A DNA stretch of 46,493 nt from Crocinitomicaceae bacterium. GTDB taxonomy: Bacteria; Bacteroidota; Bacteroidia; Flavobacteriales_D; Crocinitomicaceae. The position numbers were made by a program, and so were the translations under genes. The notes beneath the pieces were generated by a model. That model made no database searches, was not told the origin of the DNA, and was given only the letters and a program-made list of their open reading frames with translations. Shown piece by piece: positions 1 to 9,577 of this stretch. The stretch lies in assembly GCA_024643585.1 (NCBI GenBank), contig JAHEMP010000001.1, forward strand, positions 1 through 46,493. The letters are read 5' to 3'. How positions within the stretch are numbered: position 1 is the first letter of the stretch; each line of letters opens with the position of its first letter.

Positions 1-2
1 AC

Positions 3-1217
3 GGTGGAACAGGAAGTGTTGCTTTAACTTCTGGTGGTGGAACAGGTACATTGACCTACTCAGGTGATGCAACAACAGCTCTTACTGCAGGAACTTACAC
101 CTACACAGTAACAGATGCTAATGGTTGCTTCGCTATAGCTAGCGTTGTAATAATAGAGCCATTGCAATTCCATGTGTACACAAATACTACCAATGTATCT
201 TGTAATGGAGGTTCTAACGGAACAGCTACGACAATAGTATCTGGTGGAACAGGACCAAACACATACTCATGGAGCAGTGGTCAAACGACTGCAACAATAA
301 CAGGTTTAAGTGCTGGGTTCTATGTCGTAACTGCAACTGATGCCAATGGATGCGTAGCTATTGCAGGAGCAGTTATCGGACAACCAAATGCTTTAGTTGC
401 AACGGCAACGGCAGGAACGATAACTACTAACGGTGGAACAACTACAGTAACAGTGAGTGCGACAGGTGGTACAGCTCCATACACTGGAACTGGTCAATTC
501 ACAAATGTGTCAGCAGGAACTTACAGTTACACTGTAACAGATGCTCACGGATGCAGCTCGATTGCAAATATTACAATCTCGCAGCCACCATTATTTGTAG
601 CGCTTGATGTAACAGCATTCATTGAAGGATACTATATTCAAGGGTCCAACCCACCTGCGATGAGACCGGCTTGTTACAACAACGAAGCAATGAGTTTCAC
701 AGGTGGAAGTACGTTCACAACAAATTGTGTTGACTCAGTTACAGTTGAATTGGTGAATGCTCAATACGTAACGCTACATTCAGCGACTGGAATATTACAA
801 ACAAATGGTAATTTACACGTAACATTCAGTCCGACTGTTGCAGGTAATTCATACTACATAAGATTGATCCAGAAAAATTCATTATCACTTTGGAGTTCAA
901 GTCTTGTGACCATGTCTGGAACAACTACATATAACTTCAGTACAAGTATGAGTAATGCTGCCAGCGACGGATTCAATGCGCCAATGGCAACTCTAGCTCC
1001 TGGATTGTATGGCCTCTATTCTGGTGATATCAACAAAGATGGATTTATCGATGCAATAGATTACTCGAATTTCACTTCGGATGTATCGAACTGCTCGAAT
1101 AACTTCGCAACCTTCTTACCTTCGGATATGAATGGAGATGGCTTTGTGGATGCGTTTGATTACCCATGTTACAATACAAACTCAATAATGGGACTTTACG
1201 AACAGTACCCGTATTAA
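3..1217 (+). CDS. Cell-surface adhesin fragment (5' end lies outside the window): tandem ~75-aa SprB/Ig-like repeats, a beta-rich domain and a C-terminal dockerin-like tail
   Basis: The frame is open from nt 3 (GGTGSVALTSGGGTGT...), so the TTG at 51 is not the true start. The signature GTYxYTVTDA(N/H)GC recurs four times. The tail reads GDINKDGFIDAIDY ... DMNGDGFVDAFDY. Confidence 0.75.
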   Translation, partial: GGTGSVALTSGGGTGTLTYSGDATTALTAGTYTYTVTDANGCFAIASVVIIEPLQFHVYTNTTNVSCNGGSNGTATTIVSGGTGPNTYSWSSGQTTATITGLSAGFYVVTATDANGCVAIAGAVIGQPNALVATATAGTITTNGGTTTVTVSATGGTAPYTGTGQFTNVSAGTYSYTVTDAHGCSSIANITISQPPLFVALDVTAFIEGYYIQGSNPPAMRPACYNNEAMSFTGGSTFTTNCVDSVTVELVNAQYVTLHSATGILQTNGNLHVTFSPTVAGNSYYIRLIQKNSLSLWSSSLVTMSGTTTYNFSTSMSNAASDGFNAPMATLAPGLYGLYSGDINKDGFIDAIDYSNFTSDVSNCSNNFATFLPSDMNGDGFVDAFDYPCYNTNSIMGLYEQYPY

Positions 1218-1237
1218 AATTCAAATATTAACTAAAC

Positions 1238-1277
1238 AAAAAAGTGCTTCATAATTTTATGAAGCACTTTTTTTATT
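1238..1277. terminator. Bidirectional rho-independent terminator between the adhesin gene and aroB
   Basis: 12-bp stem aaagtgcttcat / atgaagcacttt (1241-1252 / 1259-1270), with an A-run upstream and a T-run downstream. Confidence 0.7.
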
Positions 1278-1317
1278 GAAAATAATTTAGGAAAGGGAAT
1301 GAATAAAAGTCAAAAAA

Positions 1318-2379
1318 TTATAAAAGAACCTGAAGCGCATCAAAAACAACCGACTCGTCCACAACCACATCAATTTCACCAGAACCTATTCCGCTCAATA
1401 GTGTAAATCGAAATTTATTATCTTTTCTTTTTTTGTCCTGACGCATTAGTAGTGGTAATTTGGAAATGAAGTCTTCGTCAAATTTTCTCAGTTCAAACGT
1501 TTTAGTTATTGATTTTTCTATTCTTTCGAATTCTTCTGAAGTTAACCTATTAAGCAAACGTGAAATTTTGGCCTCTACCAAAATTCCATGCGCCACGGCC
1601 AATCCGTGATCCATTGAATGTTCACTATTCAACAATACTCCTTCAATAGCATGACCAATGGTATGACCAAAATTCAAAAGTTTCCGTCTGCCAGACTCTT
1701 TTGGATCTGATTCAACTATTTCATGTTTTATCATAAGAGATTTCTCCACCCAATCCAAAGGAATGATTGAATCTTTAACATCAAAATTTTCTAATGCGGT
1801 GTAATGATCAGCATCTGCAACTAAAGCATGTTTTAACATTTCTGCCCAACCATTTATTATTTCTCGTTGAGGTAAAGTATTTAAAAAATCAATGTCTATA
1901 TAAACTTTTTTTGGAAAGGAAAATACGCCTAGATGATTTTTATAAGGCCCCATATCAATTCCTGTTTTTCCACCAATCGATGCATCTACCATCGCCAACA
2001 AAGAAGTCGGGATATAAATACAATTCATTCCTCTTTTATAGAGGGAAGAGATAAAACCTCCCATATCACAAATCATTCCTCCTCCCAAGCAAATAAATAA
2101 ATCACTTCGGGTGAATTCATATTCAGTCAAACTTTCCCAAACTGAAAAACAAATCTCCATGGTTTTGTTTTCTTCGCCACTTGGAATTTCAATAATTTCG
2201 GCGTTTTCCAATCCATCAATAAAATTTATTAATAGCGGCAAACAATACTCCATCGTATTGCTATCGACAAATATTACCTTTTTACATTCAGCATAATGAT
2301 TGTTCAACCAATTGCTCAATCCAGTTTGAGTTAGATTTCCTATTATTACTTCAGATTGAAGATTAAAAAACGAAGACAT
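1318..2379 (-). CDS. aroB: 3-dehydroquinate synthase
   Basis: LGGGMICDMGGF, PTSLLAMVDASIGGKTGID and LNFGHTIGHAIE match AroB nucleotide- and metal-binding motifs. Length is 353 aa. Confidence 0.9.
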   Translation of the reverse strand: MSSFFNLQSEVIIGNLTQTGLSNWLNNHYAECKKVIFVDSNTMEYCLPLLINFIDGLENAEIIEIPSGEENKTMEICFSVWESLTEYEFTRSDLFICLGGGMICDMGGFISSLYKRGMNCIYIPTSLLAMVDASIGGKTGIDMGPYKNHLGVFSFPKKVYIDIDFLNTLPQREIINGWAEMLKHALVADADHYTALENFDVKDSIIPLDWVEKSLMIKHEIVESDPKESGRRKLLNFGHTIGHAIEGVLLNSEHSMDHGLAVAHGILVEAKISRLLNRLTSEEFERIEKSITKTFELRKFDEDFISKLPLLMRQDKKRKDNKFRFTLLSGIGSGEIDVVVDESVVFDALQVLL

Positions 2380-2446
2380 GCGAAAAAGATTTTATTACAA
2401 AAGTAACAAAGCATTGCTTAGATGATTAAGTTAAGAAAAAACAGAT

Positions 2447-2454
2447 TAATTTTG
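2447..2454 (+). promoter_or_regulatory. Candidate Bacteroidota -7 promoter box (TAATTTTG) 5 nt upstream of the proline dehydrogenase ATG
   Basis: Exact match to TAnnTTTG. No clear -33 TTTG sits at the expected spacing. The position implies a leaderless or near-leaderless mRNA. Confidence 0.35.
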
Positions 2455-2458
2455 AGAC

Positions 2459-3631
2459 ATGATTTCTTTTAACAACACGGAGATTGCTTTTAAAAGCAAA
2501 AGCGACAAAGATTTGAAACGTGCTTTTCGTCTTTTTAAAATAGTGGGAATACCTTTCTTGGTGAAAATAGGTAAACCAATAACCAATATTGCAATTCAAT
2601 TAAAACTGCCTATTCAAGGCATAATCAAAAGAACAATTTTCAAACAGTTCTGTGGTGGAGAAACAATACCTGACTGTCAGGAAAAAATTGACGAACTTGC
2701 AAATTCTGGAATTGGCACAATACTCGATTATTCCGTAGAAGGAAAAGTAAAAGAAGAGGACTTTGATGCTACGACAGAAGAAATTATAGCAGCACTGGAC
2801 AAAGGGTTCAACAACCCTAAAATTCCTTTTGGCGTTTTTAAAGTAACAGGTATCTGTCGTTTTGACTTGCTGGAAAAGATAAATTCTACTACTGAAAAAT
2901 TGAACGATAAGGAAAAAGCAGAATACCAACGATTACTTCAACGTATTGAAAAAATTTCTTCAAGAGCAAATGAAAGGAAAACACCTGTATTTATTGACGC
3001 AGAAGAATCTTGGATACAAGATGGAATTGATAGGATAGCCTACGAAATGATGGCGAAATACAATAAGGAAGAAGCCTATATTTATAACACTATTCAAATT
3101 TATCGTCACGATCGTTTGGAACATTTGAAAAAGCAAACTTCCATTGCTAAAGATAATGGTTATAAATTGGGTATCAAACTGGTGCGAGGAGCCTACATGG
3201 AAAAAGAAAGAGCTAGATCACTGGAAAAGTCTTACCCTTCCCCTATTCAAAAAGACAAAGCCTCCACTGACAATGATTTTAATTTAGCATTAGTATGGTT
3301 AGTGGAAAATATTGATGACATTTCATTCTGTGCAGGTTCCCACAATGAGGACAGCAATATTCTTTTAACAACCTTAATGCAAGAAAAGGGAATTGAATCA
3401 ACCGACAAACGAATTCATTTTGCTCAATTACTAGGAATGTCTGATCACATTTCTTATAATTTAGCTTACAATAATTATAATGTCGCAAAATATGTTCCGT
3501 ACGGACCAGTTAATGAGGTGCTTCCATATCTATTGCGTCGTGCAGATGAAAATACGTCTGTAGCCGGTCAAACTAGCAGAGAATTATCGCTTATCATTCA
3601 GGAAACGAAACGAAGAAAAGCTCAAGATTAA
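2459..3631 (+). CDS. Proline dehydrogenase family protein (monofunctional, about 390 aa)
   Basis: VRGAYMEKER and the C-terminal YVPYGPVNEVLPYLLRRADENTS are typical of the PutA-type proline dehydrogenase barrel. Confidence 0.8.
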   Translation: MISFNNTEIAFKSKSDKDLKRAFRLFKIVGIPFLVKIGKPITNIAIQLKLPIQGIIKRTIFKQFCGGETIPDCQEKIDELANSGIGTILDYSVEGKVKEEDFDATTEEIIAALDKGFNNPKIPFGVFKVTGICRFDLLEKINSTTEKLNDKEKAEYQRLLQRIEKISSRANERKTPVFIDAEESWIQDGIDRIAYEMMAKYNKEEAYIYNTIQIYRHDRLEHLKKQTSIAKDNGYKLGIKLVRGAYMEKERARSLEKSYPSPIQKDKASTDNDFNLALVWLVENIDDISFCAGSHNEDSNILLTTLMQEKGIESTDKRIHFAQLLGMSDHISYNLAYNNYNVAKYVPYGPVNEVLPYLLRRADENTSVAGQTSRELSLIIQETKRRKAQD

Positions 3632-4569
3632 TGGAATTTAACCGTACAACCTCAAACTGGAAATACCAATTCTATTGGTCCTATCTTTTTGCTATTGTAT
3701 CATTATTTCTATTTTTAGCGATACAGTTTGTATCCGATTGGGACGAAATTACCCCTGAAACATATGCAAAATATGGCGCTCCATATGCAAAAGACATTTT
3801 TGATGGCGCCGTTTGGGGTATAGTAAGTAACTCTTTCGTTCACAATCAATTATGGCATTTACTCCTAAGTCTTGGCACATTTCTGATACTAGGAATAATA
3901 TTTGAAAGAAGGAATAAAACAACTTTCTTCCTTCTTTTTGTTCTCATCAGTTCATTCGTTACCTCGTCGCTACAATTGGCCATGACAGGTGATCCTGGAA
4001 TAGGGCTAAATGGAGTTAATTTTGCGCTTTTCACCTATTTGCTAATTAGAATTAAACCGGAGGCAAGGTTCAAAAAAATAAAAATTGTAATATGGATTGG
4101 AACCATAACTGCTTTGGTAATTTCTATTTTAAACATTTATTACGATTGGTATAATTTCGGAACATCGACAATTTTTTCAGGTTTCGTTTTTGGATTGGTA
4201 GCAGGACTATCTCAGGATAGGAAAAAATTTTTTTATTCCTTGCAAGGCGCAATCTTATGCATCTGCTTCATAACTCTTTTTTACAATCCATATTCTTCTG
4301 AATGGAATACCGTTCAAGGTTCGAAAGCTTTTGAAAAAGGGGAAATTGATAGAGCCGAGGTATATTATTTAAAAGCTTTGGAATTATATCCTAATAATTT
4401 TGCAGCAAAGAAAAACCTGGTTCTTATTGAAATTGAACGTCTGGAAGACCGTGCATTTTACGCACATTCACACGAAGATTACAACACCGCCAGATTACTG
4501 TATATTAAAATATTGAATTTAGACAAATACAATAATTGGGCGAAGAAGAATTTGAATGGTTTGCCCTAA
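3631..4569 (+). CDS. Rhomboid-fold membrane protein with a C-terminal TPR region; catalytic residues appear to be missing
   Basis: Rhomboid-like FVHNQLWHLLLSLGTFLILGIIFERR, GLNGVNFAL and SGFVFGLVAGL, with 6-7 hydrophobic helices. The TPR-like tail reads AEVYYLKALELYPNN. The start overlaps the upstream stop (TAATG). Confidence 0.6.
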   Translation: MEFNRTTSNWKYQFYWSYLFAIVSLFLFLAIQFVSDWDEITPETYAKYGAPYAKDIFDGAVWGIVSNSFVHNQLWHLLLSLGTFLILGIIFERRNKTTFFLLFVLISSFVTSSLQLAMTGDPGIGLNGVNFALFTYLLIRIKPEARFKKIKIVIWIGTITALVISILNIYYDWYNFGTSTIFSGFVFGLVAGLSQDRKKFFYSLQGAILCICFITLFYNPYSSEWNTVQGSKAFEKGEIDRAEVYYLKALELYPNNFAAKKNLVLIEIERLEDRAFYAHSHEDYNTARLLYIKILNLDKYNNWAKKNLNGLP

Positions 4570-4621
4570 AAAAGTTTCTTTCTCTATTTAAATTTTAACT
4601 TTGTCTAAAGTTGATAATACT

Positions 4622-5116
4622 ATGAAACGTATACTAACAAGCGAAGAAATCGATTATAAATTGGTGAGACTAGCTCATCAAATTATTGAATTTACATACG
4701 ATGTACCGATTTGTTATATCGGTGGAATTACAGGTAATGGTTTCACAATGGCAAAGGCCTTGAAAAAAATAATTTTAGAAAATTCCAGTCAAAATATCGA
4801 ACTTTTTGAGATTACTGTCAATAAAGATCATCCTTGGGATGAAGAGGTAAAATTGTCCATTCCAGATGAGAAATTAAAAAATGGAACCATCCTAATAGTG
4901 GATGACGTATTAAATTCAGGGAAAACAATGCAATATGCCCTTGTGAAATTTTTGCAACAGCCAACAGCAGCTATAAAAACGGTAGCTATGGTCGATCGTG
5001 AACACCGACGATATCCAATAAAAGCTGATTTCGTTGGACTTCGACTCTCTACCACATTGAGCGAGAGAGTTGAAATTAAATTGGTTAAAGACAAATATGA
5101 AGCATACCTTGCTTAA
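4622..5116 (+). CDS. pyrR: PyrR-type phosphoribosyltransferase (pyr regulator / uracil phosphoribosyltransferase family)
   Basis: PRPP loop ILIVDDVLNSGKT, and VDREHRRYPIKADFVGLRLSTTLSERVEIKL, which parallels the PyrR C-terminus. I prefer the in-frame ATG at 4622 to the TTG at 4601. Confidence 0.7.
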   Translation: MKRILTSEEIDYKLVRLAHQIIEFTYDVPICYIGGITGNGFTMAKALKKIILENSSQNIELFEITVNKDHPWDEEVKLSIPDEKLKNGTILIVDDVLNSGKTMQYALVKFLQQPTAAIKTVAMVDREHRRYPIKADFVGLRLSTTLSERVEIKLVKDKYEAYLA

Positions 5117-5119
5117 ATT

Positions 5120-5923
5120 ATGGAAAGAATCACAGAATCAAGCTCGAATTACGATGGATTAGAAACAATGTCGACTCGAGAACTTCTATCAAATATCAAT
5201 GGTGAAGATCAAAAAGTCGCTATCGCAGTTCAAAAAATTCTTCCTCAGATAGAAAATTTCATAGATAGTTGCTTACCTAAAATGCAAAACGGAGGTCGAC
5301 TATTTTATATGGGAGCTGGCACTAGTGGAAGATTAGGTGTTGTAGACGCCAGTGAATGTCCTCCCACATTTGGAGTCTCTGAAAATGTTGTTGTTGGAAT
5401 TATTGCTGGCGGTGATAAAGCCATCCGCAAGGCGGTAGAATTTGCAGAAGATGATGAAAATCAAGGCTGGAAAGATCTGGAAAATTACAAAATATCGAAA
5501 TTAGACACCGTTCTTGGTATTGCAGCATCAGGTACAACACCATACGTAATGGGTGCTCTGAGAAAATGTAAAGAAAATGAAATTGTAACTGGTGGTTTGA
5601 CATGTAACCCCGGCAGTCCTCTTGGGACGGAACCAGATTTCCCAATGGTACCAATTGTTGGACCTGAATTCGTAACTGGAAGTACCAGAATGAAATCTGG
5701 AACAGCTCAAAAATTGGTGTTAAATATGATTTCTACTAGCCTTATGATAAAATTAGGGCATGTCAAAGGGAATAAAATGGTTGATATGCAATTAAGCAAT
5801 AATAAATTGGTTGAACGAGGAGCAAAAATGATTCAATCAACTCTGAAATGTACTTATGAAGAAGCGAAAGAATTATTGATAAGACACGGTTCCGTTCGTA
5901 AAGCTGTAGAAGCAAAAAATTAA
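5120..5923 (+). CDS. murQ: N-acetylmuramic acid 6-phosphate etherase
   Basis: SIS-domain motif GAGTSGRLGVVDASECPPTFGV and TGSTRMKSGTAQK. Length is 267 aa. Confidence 0.85.
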   Translation: MERITESSSNYDGLETMSTRELLSNINGEDQKVAIAVQKILPQIENFIDSCLPKMQNGGRLFYMGAGTSGRLGVVDASECPPTFGVSENVVVGIIAGGDKAIRKAVEFAEDDENQGWKDLENYKISKLDTVLGIAASGTTPYVMGALRKCKENEIVTGGLTCNPGSPLGTEPDFPMVPIVGPEFVTGSTRMKSGTAQKLVLNMISTSLMIKLGHVKGNKMVDMQLSNNKLVERGAKMIQSTLKCTYEEAKELLIRHGSVRKAVEAKN

Positions 5924-6780
5924 TCCTCCTCCTCTATCCAGCCAAAATATTTGACGTTCGTTAAATTAGCAGCATTCACGACCGGACTTTGCTCAGAAAT
6001 AGGCGGAGTATACATTAGTGCATATTTCCATTTCCCCTCTTGCGCTAAAACTTTGTAAACGGTCCCACTAGGATAATGAATAATTTCATTTGTTTTGATG
6101 AACATGAGGGCTTTGTCCATTATTTTACCTTTGGACCAATAAAGCATAGTCGTTTTTTTTAATTCTTTGTAATTCAAAGGAAATCTACTTTTTGATGGGA
6201 AAAACTGACCTTGCATATCCCTGTCTCTTGCCAAAAAATATTTTTTTAACTGATAAATTTTGTTTTTCAGGAAACGCAATCTCGTAATGGCGTGAGTAGA
6301 TTGTGAACAACAAGGATACCTATGATGGTACAAAAGAATTTCTTGCGTTCTAGGATGGATTTTGTAAGCCAAAAGGTGTCCGTCATCCCAAAACATCTCT
6401 TTCCATACGGATCCGTAGTTTGCATAAACCGAAAACATCTCTTTTTCGTCGTTAGCGTATGGCTGCCCGCTAAACAGTAATTCTGGATTGCCATCTTGGT
6501 TCATATCAACCAAATGCCATTTGTCTTTAAAAAGGCTCCAATACTTTGGAAATTCAAACGAAAGATTTAATGATTTGGTCCAATCATGTGACAATTTGTC
6601 TTTATCAAACAACCATTCGACAGCGTTTTTTAGCTCATTCGGCTTGTCAATAAATATTGAATCGAAATCCGTTCTTGGTGCATTAATGAACAAGCCCGCC
6701 TCTACTCTCGGCATAATTACAATTGCACCGTTTGATATTAGTGGCAAAAATGTTAGAAGAAGAACTGCTATTTTTTTCAT
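5920..6780 (-). CDS. Secreted hypothetical protein (one FG-GAP-like DMNQDGNPELLFSG motif)
   Basis: I chose the start at the internal Met MKKIAVLLLTFLPLISNG, which gives a signal peptide. The longer ORF, extending to 6876, would run through the clpC terminator and into the clpC 3' end. Confidence 0.6.
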   Translation of the reverse strand: MKKIAVLLLTFLPLISNGAIVIMPRVEAGLFINAPRTDFDSIFIDKPNELKNAVEWLFDKDKLSHDWTKSLNLSFEFPKYWSLFKDKWHLVDMNQDGNPELLFSGQPYANDEKEMFSVYANYGSVWKEMFWDDGHLLAYKIHPRTQEILLYHHRYPCCSQSTHAITRLRFLKNKIYQLKKYFLARDRDMQGQFFPSKSRFPLNYKELKKTTMLYWSKGKIMDKALMFIKTNEIIHYPSGTVYKVLAQEGKWKYALMYTPPISEQSPVVNAANLTNVKYFGWIEEED

Positions 6781-6782
6781 AC

Positions 6783-6808
6783 ACAAAAAAGGGGGATCAC
6801 TCCCCCTT
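6783..6808 (-). terminator. Rho-independent terminator of clpC
   Basis: Minus strand reads aagggggagtgatccccctt followed by tttttgtgt. The stem has 8 bp, five of them G-C, and lies 19 nt after the clpC stop. Confidence 0.7.
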
Positions 6809-6826
6809 CTAATTAGTTTTAAATAA

Positions 6827-9361
6827 TTATTCTTTGGAAGGCGCTTTTTCTTTACCTTTTCCTTTGTTTTTTTCAATAATAACGGTCAACTCCTCTGCAT
6901 TTTCTTTGACATCCATTTTAATGGTATCTCCTTCTTTCAGATTTGATTTTATTATTTCTTCTGCCAATGGATCTTCAATGAATTTTTGAATAGCTCTTTT
7001 AAGAGGTCGAGCTCCAAATTTTTCGTCATATCCTTTGTCAACGATAAAATCTTTTGCTTTTTCCGTTAATTCAATATTATATCCAAGATTATTAATACGT
7101 CCGTACAATTTTTCTAATTCTAAATCAATGATTTTATGAATGCTTTCTCTAGCAAGAGATTTGAACATTATCATATCATCCATTCGGTTCAAAAACTCTG
7201 GTGAAAATGCTTTTCGGAGCGCATTTTGAACGACTGCCAACGTATTTTCATCTTTTTGTTCCGTTTGACTTTTGGTGCCAAAACCTACCCCAGTGCCAAA
7301 ATCCGCAAGTTGACGTGCACCAATGTTTGATGTCATTATCAAAATCGTATTCTTAAAATCAATTTTTCTACCCAAACCATCAGTCATATGACCTTCGTCT
7401 AAAACTTGCAGCAATAAGTTAAACACGTCTGGATGCGCCTTTTCAATTTCATCCAAAAGAATGATTGAATATGGTTTGCGACGAACTTTCTCCGTTAACT
7501 GCCCACCTTCTTCGTACCCAACATATCCTGGAGGTGCTCCAACTAATCTAGAAATAGAGAATTTTTCCATGTATTCAGACATATCAATGCGAATCAATGA
7601 ATCTTCTGAATCAAATAAATATTTTGCTAAAACTTTTGCTAATTGAGTTTTACCTACACCTGTTGGCCCAAGAAAGAAAAATGATCCAATTGGTTTGTTC
7701 GGGTCTTTCAACCCAGCTCGGTTCCGCTGAATTGCTTTTACCACCTTAGAAACTGCTTCTTCTTGACCGATTACTTTACCACTCAGCTCTTCTGCCATGT
7801 TCACCAATTTACCACTTTCAGATTGTGATATACGCGTAACAGGAATCCCGCACATCATAGAAACCACTTCGGCAACATTGTGCTCCGTTACAGTTACTCT
7901 ATGTTCCTTAGAATCCTCTTCCCACTTCAATTTAGCGGCATCCAATTGATCTTGCAACTGACGTTCGTTGTCCCGCAACTCAGCTGCCTTCTCATATTGT
8001 TGAGACTTGATTACTTCATTTTTTTGATCCTTTAACGCTTCAATTTTGCCTTCGATATCTATAATATCCTTAGGAACATTGATGTTTGTAAGGTGAACTC
8101 TCGATCCTACTTCATCCAATGCATCAATCGCTTTGTCAGGTAAATGTCTGTCGGTAATATATCTTTCCGTCAATTTTACACAAGCCGCGATTGCTTCATC
8201 GGTATATGTTACGCTATGATGTTCTTCGTATCGATCTTTGATGTTATTTAAAATTTGTATCGTTTCTTCTTCAGATGTAGGCTCGATGATGACCTTTTGA
8301 AATCTTCTTTCTAAAGCACCATCTTTTTCAATGTGTTGGCGATATTCATCCAAAGTTGTAGCTCCAATTGCTTGCAGTTCACCTCTCGCCAAGGCAGGTT
8401 TAAACATATTTGAGGCATCCAAAGAACCAGAAGCACCTCCAGCACCTATAATCGTGTGTATCTCGTCTATAAACAAAATAATGTCAGAGTTTTTCTCTAA
8501 TTCTTGCATTACAGCTTTCATACGTTCTTCAAACTGACCACGGTATTTCGTTCCTGCAACGAGGGACGCCAAATCAAGTGAAACAATTCTCTTATTAAAA
8601 AGAACGCGAGAAACTTTTCTTTGAACGATTCTCAAAGCCAAACCTTCAGCAATGGCACTTTTACCAACGCCAGGCTCACCTATAAGTATTGGATTGTTCT
8701 TTTTTCGTCTCGAAAGAATTTGACTCACACGTTCGATTTCCTTTTCACGACCAACAATTGGATCCAACTTTCCTGCCTCAGCCATTTTTGTTAAATCTCT
8801 TCCAAAATTATCCAAAACAGGCGTTTTCGACTTTGGGTCTGTAGGTTTTCGTTGAGCAGAAAATGAATCACCTTCCTCCTCTTGTCCACCAGTCGGAAAT
8901 TCTGATCGTGGAGATTTTGTGTCGTCCATTATAGCTTCCAACTCATCTTTTGCATTTTCGTATATCACACCATATTTGTTTAACACTCGACAAGCGGCAC
9001 TATCTTCCTCTTTCAAGATAGACAAAAGCAAATGCTCCGTTCCAATCATTGGACTCTTAAATAATTTTGCTTCGAGATATGTAATTTTAAGTACTTTTTC
9101 CGCTTGTTTGACCAAAGGGATATTAGTCAAATTTGCATTTTTAATTGACGCTGATCTTGTCAACCCCATTTCTACTTCGCTTCGAATTTGTTTTAAATCC
9201 AAATGAAACTCCAATAGTATTTTGATGGCCTTACCATCTCCTTCGCGAATCATTCCGAGCAGAAGATGCTCGACACCAATAAAATCGTTCCCAAGTCTCA
9301 AAGCCTCTTCTCGACTAAAACTGATTACGTCTTTAACGCGTGGTGAAAATTTTGCTTCCAT
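6827..9361 (-). CDS. clpC: ATP-dependent Clp protease ATP-binding subunit ClpC
   Basis: Two Clp_N repeats, two Walker A sites ([16 protein letters not shown]), a UVR-like linker ([16 protein letters not shown]) and a GVGFG ClpP-docking loop. Length is 844 aa. Confidence 0.9.
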   Translation of the reverse strand: MEAKFSPRVKDVISFSREEALRLGNDFIGVEHLLLGMIREGDGKAIKILLEFHLDLKQIRSEVEMGLTRSASIKNANLTNIPLVKQAEKVLKITYLEAKLFKSPMIGTEHLLLSILKEEDSAACRVLNKYGVIYENAKDELEAIMDDTKSPRSEFPTGGQEEEGDSFSAQRKPTDPKSKTPVLDNFGRDLTKMAEAGKLDPIVGREKEIERVSQILSRRKKNNPILIGEPGVGKSAIAEGLALRIVQRKVSRVLFNKRIVSLDLASLVAGTKYRGQFEERMKAVMQELEKNSDIILFIDEIHTIIGAGGASGSLDASNMFKPALARGELQAIGATTLDEYRQHIEKDGALERRFQKVIIEPTSEEETIQILNNIKDRYEEHHSVTYTDEAIAACVKLTERYITDRHLPDKAIDALDEVGSRVHLTNINVPKDIIDIEGKIEALKDQKNEVIKSQQYEKAAELRDNERQLQDQLDAAKLKWEEDSKEHRVTVTEHNVAEVVSMMCGIPVTRISQSESGKLVNMAEELSGKVIGQEEAVSKVVKAIQRNRAGLKDPNKPIGSFFFLGPTGVGKTQLAKVLAKYLFDSEDSLIRIDMSEYMEKFSISRLVGAPPGYVGYEEGGQLTEKVRRKPYSIILLDEIEKAHPDVFNLLLQVLDEGHMTDGLGRKIDFKNTILIMTSNIGARQLADFGTGVGFGTKSQTEQKDENTLAVVQNALRKAFSPEFLNRMDDMIMFKSLARESIHKIIDLELEKLYGRINNLGYNIELTEKAKDFIVDKGYDEKFGARPLKRAIQKFIEDPLAEEIIKSNLKEGDTIKMDVKENAEELTVIIEKNKGKGKEKAPSKE

Positions 9362-9577
9362 AATATTTATTGACTGAGGACTAAATAACGACTTTTTGGT
9401 CGATGTACAAATATATAACGTTTAAAATGTTAATAAGTGCATCAAAAAGCCAATTTTCCACAGATTTTTGTTAGTAAATACCAAATTTCGTGCAAGTCTT
9501 ACTACGTAGAAAATGAGTAATTTCGATGCTTGCTAAAATCAACACAAATTCTGTGCAAAAAAGTATAAAGTGACAAC

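Noticed and set aside
4601-4621. TTG/GTG starts proposed by the ORF track for pyrR-like (4601), glyA (35851), recR (19617) and the DinB-family gene (33516)
   Set aside because: In-frame ATGs a few codons downstream give N-termini that match the family consensus better. The exact starts remain uncertain without ribosome profiling or N-terminal data.
5920-5923. Convergent genes sharing stop codons (TTAA at 5920-5923) or abutting with 1-10 nt spacing (18398/18400 and 29959/29970) and no terminator between them
   Set aside because: This is real, but it most likely reflects a compact genome with overlapping 3' transcripts. On its own it is not evidence of a regulatory system.
6781-6876. A longer N-terminal extension of ORF 5920-6876 ([20 protein letters not shown]...) that overlaps the clpC 3' end
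   Set aside because: The extension runs through the clpC terminator hairpin and into clpC coding sequence. The internal Met at 6780 gives a clean signal peptide, so I prefer the shorter CDS.
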